NCBI GenBank assembly: GCA_003576805.1
Contig: QEVM01000002.1
Span: forward strand, 5,666 to 69,665
Direction of reading: 5' to 3'
Source: Pseudomonadota bacterium
Lineage (GTDB): Bacteria > Myxococcota_A > UBA9160 > PR03
Length of the DNA: 64,000 bases
Of this stretch, positions 20,785 to 29,335 are shown piece by piece; position 1 is the first letter of the stretch, and each line of letters opens with the position of its first letter. Below the pieces are notes generated by a model. The model did no database searches. It had not been told where the DNA came from and was given only the letters and a program-made list of their open reading frames with translations. Made by a program: the position numbers and the translations under genes.

Positions 20785-21509
20785 GCGCCGAAGAGCGCCC
20801 GACGATCTATCCGCACTTCGACGCGACCAAGCTGTCGGGGCAGGGCGCCTGGGAGCAGAAGCGGCGGCTCGCGCGCGCGATGCGGCTCGTGATCGAGCGG
20901 CTGGTCCCGAGCAACGCGCCCGAAGACGAGCTGCGCCGGGCCGCCGGCGCGCTCGAGCGCTACGCCGAGGCGCTGACCGCGCATCCCCGCCTCAAGCACT
21001 TCCACGGCTTCGCGGAGAGCGCCAACGCCGGCGACGTCGGCGCCTTCTTCGACCAGAGCCCGATGATCGGGCTCGCCAACCCGCTCGCGCCGCCGATCAC
21101 GATCGGCCGCGCCGGCCCGCTCTCGGCGATCGCGTCGGTGACGTTCGGCACCGCCTACGAAGGGCCGCCGGGCTGCGTGCACGGCGGCTTCGTCGCGGCC
21201 GCCTTCGACGAGGTGCTCGGCTACGTGCAGTCGCTGGGCGGCAATCCGGGCATGACGGCGCGCCTCACCGTGCACTACCGCAGCCCGACGCCGCTCCACA
21301 CCGAGCTGATCTTCGAGGCGGAGCTGGAGCGCACCGAGGGCCGCAAGATCTTCTGCAAAGGCCGCGTGCGCGCGAACGGCGTGCTCACCGCCGAGGCCGA
21401 GGGCCTGTTCGTGTCGGTCGACCGCACGCGCTTCCAGGCGCTGCTCGAGGAGCGCGAGCGCCGCGAGGAGCGCGCCAAGCAGCGGACGGACGAAGGGAGG
21501 ACGCCGTGA
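20781..21509 (+). CDS. PaaI/hotdog-fold acyl-CoA thioesterase family protein
   Basis: TTG at 20781 overlaps the previous stop (TTGA). Hotdog core YEGPPGCVHGGFVAAAFDEVLGY...LTVHYRSPTPL...GRKIFCKGRV. The start codon is uncertain. Confidence 0.75.
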   Translation: MSAEERPTIYPHFDATKLSGQGAWEQKRRLARAMRLVIERLVPSNAPEDELRRAAGALERYAEALTAHPRLKHFHGFAESANAGDVGAFFDQSPMIGLANPLAPPITIGRAGPLSAIASVTFGTAYEGPPGCVHGGFVAAAFDEVLGYVQSLGGNPGMTARLTVHYRSPTPLHTELIFEAELERTEGRKIFCKGRVRANGVLTAEAEGLFVSVDRTRFQALLEERERREERAKQRTDEGRTP

Positions 21510-23674
21510 GCGAGCCGCGCGAGGTCCGCAGCTTCTGCCGCGTCTGCGAGCCCGCCTGCGGCCTGGTGGCGCGCGTCGAGCACGGCGAGCTCGTCGCGCT
21601 GCGGCCCGACCGCGCGCATCCCGTGACGCGGGGCTTCGCCTGCGACAAGGGCATCGCGGGCGTGGACGTGCACCGCGATCCCGACCGCCTCGACCATCCG
21701 CTGCGCCGCAGCGGGCGCGGCTTCGAGCGCGCGTCGTGGGACGACGCGATCGCGGACGTCGCGGCGCGTGCGCGCGCGATCGTGGACCGCGACGGCCCCG
21801 AAGCGGTCGCGTGGTACATGGGCAATCCGACCGCGTTCAACACGCTCGCGGGCCCGGCCGCCGGCGCGTTCTTCGCCCAGCTCCAGGCAAGCGCGCGAAC
21901 GCGCGCGCGCAGCGAGCCGCAGGCGAGCGAAGCCCATCGGACGTGCCGCGCGTTCTCGTCGGGCACGCAGGACTGCGCCAACAAGTTCGCGGGCAGCGAG
22001 GCGGTGTTCGGCTCCAGCACGGTGCACCCGATCCCCGACCTCGACCACACCGACCTGCTGCTGGTGATCGGCGCGAACCCGCGCGTCTCGCACGCGAGCT
22101 TCCTCTCGATCGCGGACCCGATCGAGAAGCTGCGGGCCGCGAAGCGGCGCGGTGCGCAGATCTGGTTCGTGAACCCGCGCCGCGTGGAGTCGGTGGCGCC
22201 GAGCACCGGCGAGTGGCTGCCGATCCGGCCCGACACCGACGCCTACTTCCTCGCCGCCTTGCTCTGCGAGCTCGAGCGCAGCGGCGGCTTCGACGAGGCC
22301 GCGCTCGCGGCGCACGGCAAGCACGTCGAGGGCCTGCGCGCCGTCGTGCGCCGCTACCCGCCCGAACGCGTCGCCGGCGTGACGGGCGTGCCGGCCGAAC
22401 GCGTGCGCGCGCTCGCGGCGGCCTGGCGCGACGCGGCGCGCGCCGGCGGCGCGTCGGTGCACATGTCGACCGGCGCGAACATGGGCCGGCAGGGCACGCT
22501 CGCGTACTGGCTGGTGCACATGCTCTCGTTCGCGACGGGCCAGCTCGACCGCCGCGGCGGCAACGTGCTCTCGGTCGGCTTCTACAAGAGCGCCAAGGCG
22601 GGCCGCCGCGACTTCGCCGAGAGCTTCGCCGACTCGGAGTTCGGCCGCGTCCGCCGCGGCGCGCTGCCCGGCAATCTGCTGCCGCACTACATCGGCGAGG
22701 CGGAGCGGCCGGTGCGCGCGCTCTTCGTGGTCGCGGGCAATCCGGTGCTCTCGATCGGCGGCGAGGCGAAGCTGCGCGCGGCGCTCGAGCAGCTCGAGCT
22801 GCTGGTGTGCGTGGACCTCTACCGCAACGCGACCGGCGAGTACGCGCACTGGCTGCTGCCCGCGGCCGACATGTACGAGCGCGCCGACGTCAACGTCACC
22901 GGCCTCGGCCTCCAGCACGAGCCGTGGGTGCAGTGGACCGACGCCGTCGTGCCGCCGCGCGGCGAGCGGCGCGAGGAGTGGTGGATCTTCGGGAAGCTGG
23001 CGCAGGCGTGCGGGCTGCGATCGCCCTTCGACGCCGGGCCCGCGCCCGACCTCTGGGGCCGCATCGACCACATGCTGCGCACGCGCGGCACGTCGCTCGA
23101 GGCGGTGCGCGCCGCGCCGCACGGCGTGCGCTTCGCGGACGGCAAGCAGCCGGGCGCGTTCTACGCGGAGCATCTGCAGACGCCCGACCGCAAGGTGGAC
23201 TGTTGCCCCGACGCGTTCGCCGGCGCCTTCGCGCGCTGCGACGCGATCTTCGCCGGGCTCGAAGCCGAAGGCGCCGCGCGGCTCAAGCTGATCACGCGGC
23301 GCGAGCCGTCGATGCACAACTCCTGGTACGCGAACCTGCCGGCGATGAAGCGCGGCGGGCGCGACCGCAACCGGCTCTGGGCGCACCCCGCCGATCTCGC
23401 CGCGCGCGGTCTCGCGGACGGCGCGAAGGCGCGCCTGTGGAACGAGCACGGCGCGCTCGAGGTCGAGGTCGCCGCCGACGACGGGCTCGTGCGCGGCGTC
23501 GTGGCGCTCGCGCACGGCTGGGGCCACGCGCGCGCGCCCGGCATGCGCGTCGCGCAGGCGGCGCCCGGCGTCAATCCGAACGCGCTGCTGCCGGTCGGGC
23601 CGGACAGCTTCGAGCCGCTCTCGAGCCAGGCGTTCATGACGGGCATCCCGGTCGAGATGGCGCCGCTCGGATGA
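21506..23674 (+). CDS. Molybdopterin (bis-MGD) oxidoreductase, cytoplasmic single-subunit type
   Basis: 722 aa, GTG start overlapping the previous stop (GTGA). N-terminal 4Fe-4S motif CRVCEPACG...FACDKG. Also has SSGTQDCANKFAGSEAVFG and a C-terminal molybdopterin dinucleotide-binding domain. No Tat signal. Confidence 0.9.
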   Translation: MSEPREVRSFCRVCEPACGLVARVEHGELVALRPDRAHPVTRGFACDKGIAGVDVHRDPDRLDHPLRRSGRGFERASWDDAIADVAARARAIVDRDGPEAVAWYMGNPTAFNTLAGPAAGAFFAQLQASARTRARSEPQASEAHRTCRAFSSGTQDCANKFAGSEAVFGSSTVHPIPDLDHTDLLLVIGANPRVSHASFLSIADPIEKLRAAKRRGAQIWFVNPRRVESVAPSTGEWLPIRPDTDAYFLAALLCELERSGGFDEAALAAHGKHVEGLRAVVRRYPPERVAGVTGVPAERVRALAAAWRDAARAGGASVHMSTGANMGRQGTLAYWLVHMLSFATGQLDRRGGNVLSVGFYKSAKAGRRDFAESFADSEFGRVRRGALPGNLLPHYIGEAERPVRALFVVAGNPVLSIGGEAKLRAALEQLELLVCVDLYRNATGEYAHWLLPAADMYERADVNVTGLGLQHEPWVQWTDAVVPPRGERREEWWIFGKLAQACGLRSPFDAGPAPDLWGRIDHMLRTRGTSLEAVRAAPHGVRFADGKQPGAFYAEHLQTPDRKVDCCPDAFAGAFARCDAIFAGLEAEGAARLKLITRREPSMHNSWYANLPAMKRGGRDRNRLWAHPADLAARGLADGAKARLWNEHGALEVEVAADDGLVRGVVALAHGWGHARAPGMRVAQAAPGVNPNALLPVGPDSFEPLSSQAFMTGIPVEMAPLG
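21885..21945 (-). repeat. In-frame relic of the 95-bp repeat family inside the molybdoenzyme gene
   Basis: 21911-21929 AGCGAGCCGCAGGCGAGCG is identical to the reverse complement of the repeat core. The flanks are similar but degenerate. It encodes ...RARSEPQASEAH..., while the intergenic copies read RRSEPQASG in the same sense. Confidence 0.7.
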
Positions 23675-25911
23675 GCGAGAAGACGGTGGTCGGCTACGCC
23701 GACCGCTTCTCCGTCGCGCCGGGCGAGAGCGTGCGCTTCTTCGTCAGCACCTACGCGCCCGGGCCGTACCGCGCCGACCTCGTGCGCGTCGTGCGCGGCG
23801 GCGAGATCGCGGGCGGACCTGAGGTGAACGCGGCGCTCGGACTGGGCGTCGAGCTCGAGCCGCTCGACGCGCCGTTCGCCGGCGCGTATCCGGGCCGCAC
23901 CCAGCGCGTCGCGATCGGCTCGTGCGCGACCATTCCGGCGTCGCCCGCGTTCGCGCAGCTCGCGAGCTTCGCGATCGAGGCGCTGGTGTGGCCGACGCGG
24001 CCGCTGCGCGGCGACGCGCAGGCGATCGCGAGCACCTGGTGCGAGGCGACACAGAGCGGCGTCGCCCTGCACCTCGACGCGGCGGGCGCGCTCGCGCTGC
24101 GTTTCGGCGACGGCAGCGGGCGCGTGGAGCGGTTCGCGACGGGTGTTCCGCTCCTCGAGCGCCGCTGGGCGTACGTCGCGGCGCGCTTCGACGCGGCGGC
24201 CGGCGCGCTCGAGCTGGTCTCGGAGCCGTTGCCCGTGGACGCGATCGCGGACCTCGTCGCGCGCGCGGGCCGCGCCAAGCGGCGCGTCGCGCCGGCAGGG
24301 CTCGCGTTCGGCGAAGGGCCGCTGCTGTTCGCGGCGTGGCGCGCCGAGCCGGGGGAGAAGCTCGTCACGGCCGCGCACTTCGACGGCCGCATCGAGGCGC
24401 CGCGCCTGTTCCGCCGCGCGGTCGCGATCGGCCTCGCCGCGTCGCACGCGCGCGGCCCGCGCGACCCGGAGCTCGTCGCCGCGTGGGACTTCGCGCGCGA
24501 CCTCGAGAGCGAGGCGATCCGCGACGCCGGCCCGCAGCGCCTCGACGGCGCGACCGTGAACCTGCCCACGCGCGCCGTGCCGGGCGCGCGCTGGGACGGC
24601 AGCGAGCACGACTGGCGCCGCGCGCCCGCGCACTACGGCGCGATCCACTTCCACGCCGACGACCTCGCCGACGCGGGCTGGGAGTCGGACTTCGCGTTCA
24701 CGGTGCCCGCCGATCTGCCGAGCGGCATCTACGCGGCGCGGCTCCGGCACGGCGCGTCGCAGGACGAGATCCCGTTCTGCGTGCGGCCGCCGCGCGGCGC
24801 GGCGACGGCGCCGCTCGCGTTCCTGGTGCCGAGCGCGTCCTATCTCTCGTACGCCAACGTGAGCCTGCACCTGCGGCCGGGCTCGATCTTCGGCGACCCG
24901 CCGCCGGTGCCGATCGCGAACGACCGCTTCTTCCTCGCGCACCCCGAGTGCGGGCTCTCGCAGTACGACTCGCACGCCGACGGCAGCGGCGTCGTCGTGT
25001 CGTCGCTGCACCGCCCGATCCTGAACCTCAAGGCGGCGGCGAATCCGTGGGGCTTCGCGGCCGACACGCTGATCTCCGCCTGGCTGCGCGCGAGCGGCCA
25101 GCCGTTCGACGTCCTCACCGACGAGGACCTGCACCGCGAGGGCGCCGCGCTGCTCGCGTCGTACCGCGCCGTCGTCACCGGCTCGCACCCCGAGTACTGG
25201 TCCACCGCGATGCTGGACGCGCTCGCGTCGTACCTCGAGCAGGGCGGCCGCTGGATGTACCTCGGCGGCAACGGCTTCTACTGGCGGATCGCGTTCCATC
25301 CGACGCGCCACGGCGTCATCGAGGTGCGCCGCGCCGAGGACGGCACGCGCGCCTGGATCGCCGAGCCCGGCGAGTACCACCACATGTGGGGCGGTGAGTA
25401 CGGCGGCCTGTGGCGGCGGCTCGGGCGGCCGCCGAACCGGCTCGTCGGCGTCGGCTTCGCGGCGCAGGGCGTCGACGCCGGCCGCTTCCGGCGCACGGCG
25501 GCGAGCCGCGATCCGCGCGCGGCGTTCCTGTTCGAGGGCGTCGCGGGCGAGACGATCGAGTCGGGCTCGTTCGTCGGCTCGGCGTCGTTCGAGATCGACC
25601 GCTTCGATCCCGCGCTCGGCTCGCCGCTGCACGCGCTCGTCGTCGCCCGCTCGGAGAACCACGCGCCCGCGATGCTGCGCACCAAGGAGGAGTTCCACGA
25701 GACGAAGGCGTGGGCGCCGGATCCCGCGGTGCGCGCCGACATGGTGTTCTTCGAGACGCCGCGCGGCGGGGCGGTGTTCTCGACCGGCTCGATCTCGTGG
25801 TCGCTCGGCCTGCTCGGCAACGGCGGCGACAACGACGTCGCGCGCGTCACGGGCAACGCGCTGCGCCGCTTCCTCGATCCGCGGCCCTTCGAGGCGCCGC
25901 CGCCGCGCTGA
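23671..25911 (+). CDS. N,N-dimethylformamidase large-subunit-like protein (LamG-like N-domain plus GATase-like C-domain)
   Basis: ATG at 23671 overlaps the previous stop (ATGA). 746 aa and collinear with the DMFase large subunit as I recall it: VVGYADRFSVAPGESVRFFVS, PPRGAATAPLAFLVPSASYLSYAN, VVTGSHPEYWS, GGNGFYWRIAFHP, VFSTGSISWS. Confidence 0.85.
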   Translation: MSEKTVVGYADRFSVAPGESVRFFVSTYAPGPYRADLVRVVRGGEIAGGPEVNAALGLGVELEPLDAPFAGAYPGRTQRVAIGSCATIPASPAFAQLASFAIEALVWPTRPLRGDAQAIASTWCEATQSGVALHLDAAGALALRFGDGSGRVERFATGVPLLERRWAYVAARFDAAAGALELVSEPLPVDAIADLVARAGRAKRRVAPAGLAFGEGPLLFAAWRAEPGEKLVTAAHFDGRIEAPRLFRRAVAIGLAASHARGPRDPELVAAWDFARDLESEAIRDAGPQRLDGATVNLPTRAVPGARWDGSEHDWRRAPAHYGAIHFHADDLADAGWESDFAFTVPADLPSGIYAARLRHGASQDEIPFCVRPPRGAATAPLAFLVPSASYLSYANVSLHLRPGSIFGDPPPVPIANDRFFLAHPECGLSQYDSHADGSGVVVSSLHRPILNLKAAANPWGFAADTLISAWLRASGQPFDVLTDEDLHREGAALLASYRAVVTGSHPEYWSTAMLDALASYLEQGGRWMYLGGNGFYWRIAFHPTRHGVIEVRRAEDGTRAWIAEPGEYHHMWGGEYGGLWRRLGRPPNRLVGVGFAAQGVDAGRFRRTAASRDPRAAFLFEGVAGETIESGSFVGSASFEIDRFDPALGSPLHALVVARSENHAPAMLRTKEEFHETKAWAPDPAVRADMVFFETPRGGAVFSTGSISWSLGLLGNGGDNDVARVTGNALRRFLDPRPFEAPPPR

Positions 25912-25928
25912 AGCGCGGCGAGTGGCGG

Positions 25929-26390
25929 CTACTGGAGGTGGCTGCGCAGCATCCAGGCGTTCTTCTCGTGCGCCTGGATGCGCCGGATGCCGAGGTCGGC
26001 GCTCGCCTCGTCGCCCGCCTTCTGCGCCGCTTCGACCAGCGCGGACGCGGTCTTCGCGACCGTCTCGCTGTCCGAGACGAGGTCGCGGATCATCTCGGTC
26101 GCCTTCGGGACGCGGCGCGCTTCCTTCACCGCGGCGAGGCGCGCGAACTCCGTGTACGAGCCGGGCGCCATCGCGCCGAGCGCGCGGATGCGCTCCGCGA
26201 TCTCGTCCACCGCGAGCGCGAGCTCGGTGTACTGGGTCTCGAACATCGTGTGCAGCGTCGTGAACATCGGACCGGTCACGTTCCAGTGGTAGTTGTGGGT
26301 CTTCAGGTAGAGCGTGTAGCTGTCGGCCAAAAGCTTCGAAGCCGCCTCCACCACCGTCCGATTGCCGTTGCTCGTGCGTCGCTGCGCCAT
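25929..26390 (-). CDS. dps: Dps (DNA-binding ferritin-like protein)
   Basis: ATG at 26390 with SD GGAGGGA. Motifs LKTHNYHWNVTGPMFTTLHTMFETQYTE and DEIAERIRALG are Dps ferroxidase-site motifs. 153 aa. Confidence 0.93.
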   Translation of the reverse strand: MAQRRTSNGNRTVVEAASKLLADSYTLYLKTHNYHWNVTGPMFTTLHTMFETQYTELALAVDEIAERIRALGAMAPGSYTEFARLAAVKEARRVPKATEMIRDLVSDSETVAKTASALVEAAQKAGDEASADLGIRRIQAHEKNAWMLRSHLQ

Positions 26391-26503
26391 CTGACTTCCC
26401 TCCGCGTTCGTTTTCCTCGTCCCGAACCAACCTAGAGCGCCTCGCAGCATCCGTCCAATGGATCGTACGGCTCGCTCTGATCGAGCACGGCTATGCTGCC
26501 GGC

Positions 26504-27403
26504 ATGACGCTGCAGGAGCTGCGGTATCTGGTGGCGCTCGCCGACACCGGGCACTTCGGACGCGCCGCGCGCGCCTGCGCGGTCAGTCAGCCGACGCTGT
26601 CCGCCGCGATCAAGAAGCTCGAGAGCGAGCTCGGCGTGCTGGTGGTCGAGCGCACGCGGCGGCGCGTCGCCATCACCGAGGTCGGCCGCGTGCTGGTCGA
26701 GCAGGCGCGCGTCGTGCTCGACGAGGCGCGCCGCTTCGAGGAGCTCGCGACCCAGGGCCGCGCGCCGCTGGTGGGCGACTTCCGGCTCGGCGTGATCCCG
26801 ACGATCGGACCGTATCTGCTGCCGCACGTCGTGCGCAGCCTGCGCAGCGCGTTCCCCGCGCTGCGCCTGTTGCTGCGCGAGCTGCAGACCGACCCGCTGC
26901 TCGCGGAGCTGCGCGCAGCGCGGCTCGACGCCGGCCTGCTCGCGCTGCCCATCGCGGGCGACGACCTCGAGCGCGCGCCGCTCTACGACGAGCCCTTCGT
27001 GCTCGCGCTGCCGCGCGGCCACCCGCTCGCGAAGAAGGCGCGCGTGCGCACCGACGCGCTCGCCGAGCTGCCGCTGCTGCTGCTCGAGGAAGGGCACTGC
27101 CTGCGCGACCAGGCGCTCGAGGTGTGCGGCCGCGTCTCGTCGCGCGCACGCGAGGAAGTGTCGGGCGCGAGCCTCGAGACGCTGCGCAACATGGTGGCGG
27201 CGGGCGTCGGCGCGACGCTCCTCCCGCAGCTCGCCGCCGCGGGCGCGCAGAGCCGGCGCGACGTCGAGATCGTCGGCCTCGTCCCCGAGCCCACGCGCCG
27301 CGTCGCGCTGCTCGGGCGCAAGGCCTACGCGCGCGTCGAGTCCGCGCAGGCGCTGGCGGCGCACCTGCGCGCGCACCTTCCCGCGTCGGTGTCGCCGTGT
27401 TGA
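26504..27403 (+). CDS. oxyR: LysR-family peroxide sensor OxyR
   Basis: 299 aa. HTH LRYLVALADTGHFGRAARACAVSQPTLSAAIKKLE. Redox cysteines in LEEGHCLRDQALEVCG, then SLETLRNMVAAGVG, nearly collinear with E. coli OxyR. Divergent from dps. Confidence 0.93.
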   Translation: MTLQELRYLVALADTGHFGRAARACAVSQPTLSAAIKKLESELGVLVVERTRRRVAITEVGRVLVEQARVVLDEARRFEELATQGRAPLVGDFRLGVIPTIGPYLLPHVVRSLRSAFPALRLLLRELQTDPLLAELRAARLDAGLLALPIAGDDLERAPLYDEPFVLALPRGHPLAKKARVRTDALAELPLLLLEEGHCLRDQALEVCGRVSSRAREEVSGASLETLRNMVAAGVGATLLPQLAAAGAQSRRDVEIVGLVPEPTRRVALLGRKAYARVESAQALAAHLRAHLPASVSPC

Positions 27404-27407
27404 CCGC

Positions 27408-27896
27408 TCAGAAGCGCAGCAGCTCGGTTTCGAGCGTCGCGAGATCGACGATGCCGACGGCGTTCCAGCCGGGCAGGTGGCCGGCGCACTCGCCGGGATT
27501 GAAGACGAGCCGGCCGTCGCCGCGCCGCTCTTCCACGTGGCGGTGCGTGTGGCCGTGCAGCGCGACGTCGTGGTCGTCCGCGCGGCCGCCGAGGTCGCGC
27601 GGGTCGTGCACGACCACGATGCGGCGTTCGGCGAGGTGGAGCACGAGCGGCGGATCGGCCAGCTCGATCCGCCAGTGCGCCGCCGCCGCCTCGAGCGACG
27701 CGCGCTCGCCGGCGTCGTTGTTGCCGTAGACGCCGGCGAGCGGAGCGTCGAGCCGCGCGAGCAGCTCGAGCGTCGCCGCCTGGGTGATGTCGCCGGTGTG
27801 GATCACGCGATCCACGCCGGCGCGATTGAACAGCTCCACGATGCGCGCGACGTTCGCGAGGTGGTTGTGCGTGTCGGAGACAACGCCGAGCTTCAT
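27408..27896 (-). CDS. Metallophosphoesterase, YfcE/MJ0936 family
   Basis: 162 aa. Motifs VVSDTHN, HTGDI, GNND, GHTH. Confidence 0.85.
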   Translation of the reverse strand: MKLGVVSDTHNHLANVARIVELFNRAGVDRVIHTGDITQAATLELLARLDAPLAGVYGNNDAGERASLEAAAAHWRIELADPPLVLHLAERRIVVVHDPRDLGGRADDHDVALHGHTHRHVEERRGDGRLVFNPGECAGHLPGWNAVGIVDLATLETELLRF

Positions 27897-28166
27897 GGGG
27901 TCTGCCCGCTCGCCTGCGGCTCGCTACGGCGGAAGCGGGGTTCGTACTCCGATCGTTGCTGCGCGCTTCGTGGGCGACCGCGAGCCTGATGGGGTCGGCC
28001 CGCTCGCCTGCGGCTCGCTACGGCGGAAACGGGCGCTTTGGCTTCGGTCGTTGCTTCGCGCTTCGTGGGCGACCGCGAGCCTGATGGGGTCGGCCCGCTC
28101 GCCTGTGGCTCGCTACGGCGGAAACGGGCGCTTTGGCTTCGGTCGTTGCTTCGCGCTTCGTGGGCG
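27897..28166. repeat. Tandem array A of a ~95-bp structured repeat (units of 94, 95 and ~81 bp)
   Basis: Units start at 27897, 27991 and 28086. Each has the core GCCCGCTCGCCTG(C/T)GGCTCGCTACGGCGGAA(A/G)CGGG(C/G). The array fills the whole gap between the thiolase stop (28174) and the phosphoesterase start (27896). Confidence 0.9.
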
Positions 28167-28173
28167 GAGAGCG

Positions 28174-29322
28174 TTACGCGACCTTCTCGAGGACGTGGAT
28201 CGCGCAGGCGGAGCCGAGGCCGATCACGTGGGTCATGCCGAGGCGGGCGTTCGGGACCTGGCGCTTGCCGGCTTCGCCGCGCAGGTGGGTGGTGACCTCG
28301 TAGACGTTCGCGATGCCGGTCGCGCCGAGCGGGTGGCCCTTCGAGAGCAGGCCGCCCGAGACGTTGACCGGCACCTTGCCGCCGAGCGCGGTCGCGCCGC
28401 TGTCGATCATGCGGCCCGCCTCGCCGTCGCCGCACAGGCCGAGGTTCTCGTAGTGCAGGATCTCGGCGGTCGCGAAGCAGTCGTGCAGCTCGACGAGGTT
28501 GATGTCCTCCGGGCCGCAGCCCGCCATCTCGTAGGCCTTCTTGGCCGCGAGCCGGGTGCAAGTGTTGACGTCCGGCATGACGAGGTCGCGCTCCTGCCAC
28601 GGATCGCTCGTCAGCACCGACGCCTTCACGCGCACGGCGCGCTTCAGGAGGCCCAGCTCCCTCGCCTTGCGCTCGCTGCACAGCACCGCGGCGGCCGAGC
28701 CGTCGACGTTCACCGAGCACATCAGCTTGGTGTTGGGGTACGCGATCATCTCCGCGCCCATCACCTGCTCGAGCGGCGTCTCGATCTGGTACATCGCCTT
28801 CGGGTTCATGGTCGAGTGGTGGTGGTTCTTCACCGACACCTTGGCGAACTGCTCGAAGGTCGTGCCGTACTTGCGCGCGTGCTCCTGGCCGGCCTCCGCG
28901 AACACCGCCGGCATCGTCATCGAGCCGAGCAGGCCTTCCTTCGGGATGCCGCCGCCGCCGCCGCCGCCGCCGAGCAGGCCGCTGCCCATCTTCTCGACGC
29001 CGACCGCGAGCACGACGTCGTAGATGCCCGCCTTGATCGCCATCCAGCCTTCGCGAAAGGCGGTCGCGCCGGTGGCGCAGGCGTTGGCGCAGTTGACCAC
29101 CGGGATGCCGGTCTGGCCGATCTGCTGCAGCACGCGCTGGCCGACCATCGCGCCGGCCTGCCCGAGGTTGCCGCAGTAGAGCGCCTCCATGTCCTGGATC
29201 TCGAGGCCGCAGTCGTCGAGGGCCATCAGCGCGGCCTGCGCGCCGAGCGCCTCGACCGCCGGGCCGGTGCCCGCCTTCATGAACTTGATCATGTCGATGC
29301 CGACGACGTAGACGTCGCTCAT
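28174..29322 (-). CDS. Thiolase-fold protein, SCP-x / lipid-transfer-protein type
   Basis: 382 aa. Motifs VVNCANACATGATAF (active-site Cys context), NVSGGLLSKGHPLGATG and LGLGSAC. Contains a G8 run. Confidence 0.9.
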   Translation of the reverse strand: MSDVYVVGIDMIKFMKAGTGPAVEALGAQAALMALDDCGLEIQDMEALYCGNLGQAGAMVGQRVLQQIGQTGIPVVNCANACATGATAFREGWMAIKAGIYDVVLAVGVEKMGSGLLGGGGGGGGIPKEGLLGSMTMPAVFAEAGQEHARKYGTTFEQFAKVSVKNHHHSTMNPKAMYQIETPLEQVMGAEMIAYPNTKLMCSVNVDGSAAAVLCSERKARELGLLKRAVRVKASVLTSDPWQERDLVMPDVNTCTRLAAKKAYEMAGCGPEDINLVELHDCFATAEILHYENLGLCGDGEAGRMIDSGATALGGKVPVNVSGGLLSKGHPLGATGIANVYEVTTHLRGEAGKRQVPNARLGMTHVIGLGSACAIHVLEKVA

Positions 29323-29335
29323 TGCTCTTCTCCTG

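Noticed and set aside
23671-25911. Calling this gene a bona fide N,N-dimethylformamidase.
   Set aside because: Only large-subunit homology is visible and no small-subunit gene is adjacent. The substrate cannot be inferred from sequence, so it is kept as DMFase-like.
27897-28166. Possible CRISPR array.
   Set aside because: The whole 94-95-bp unit repeats head to tail with no unique spacers between conserved repeats. No cas genes or leader are present.
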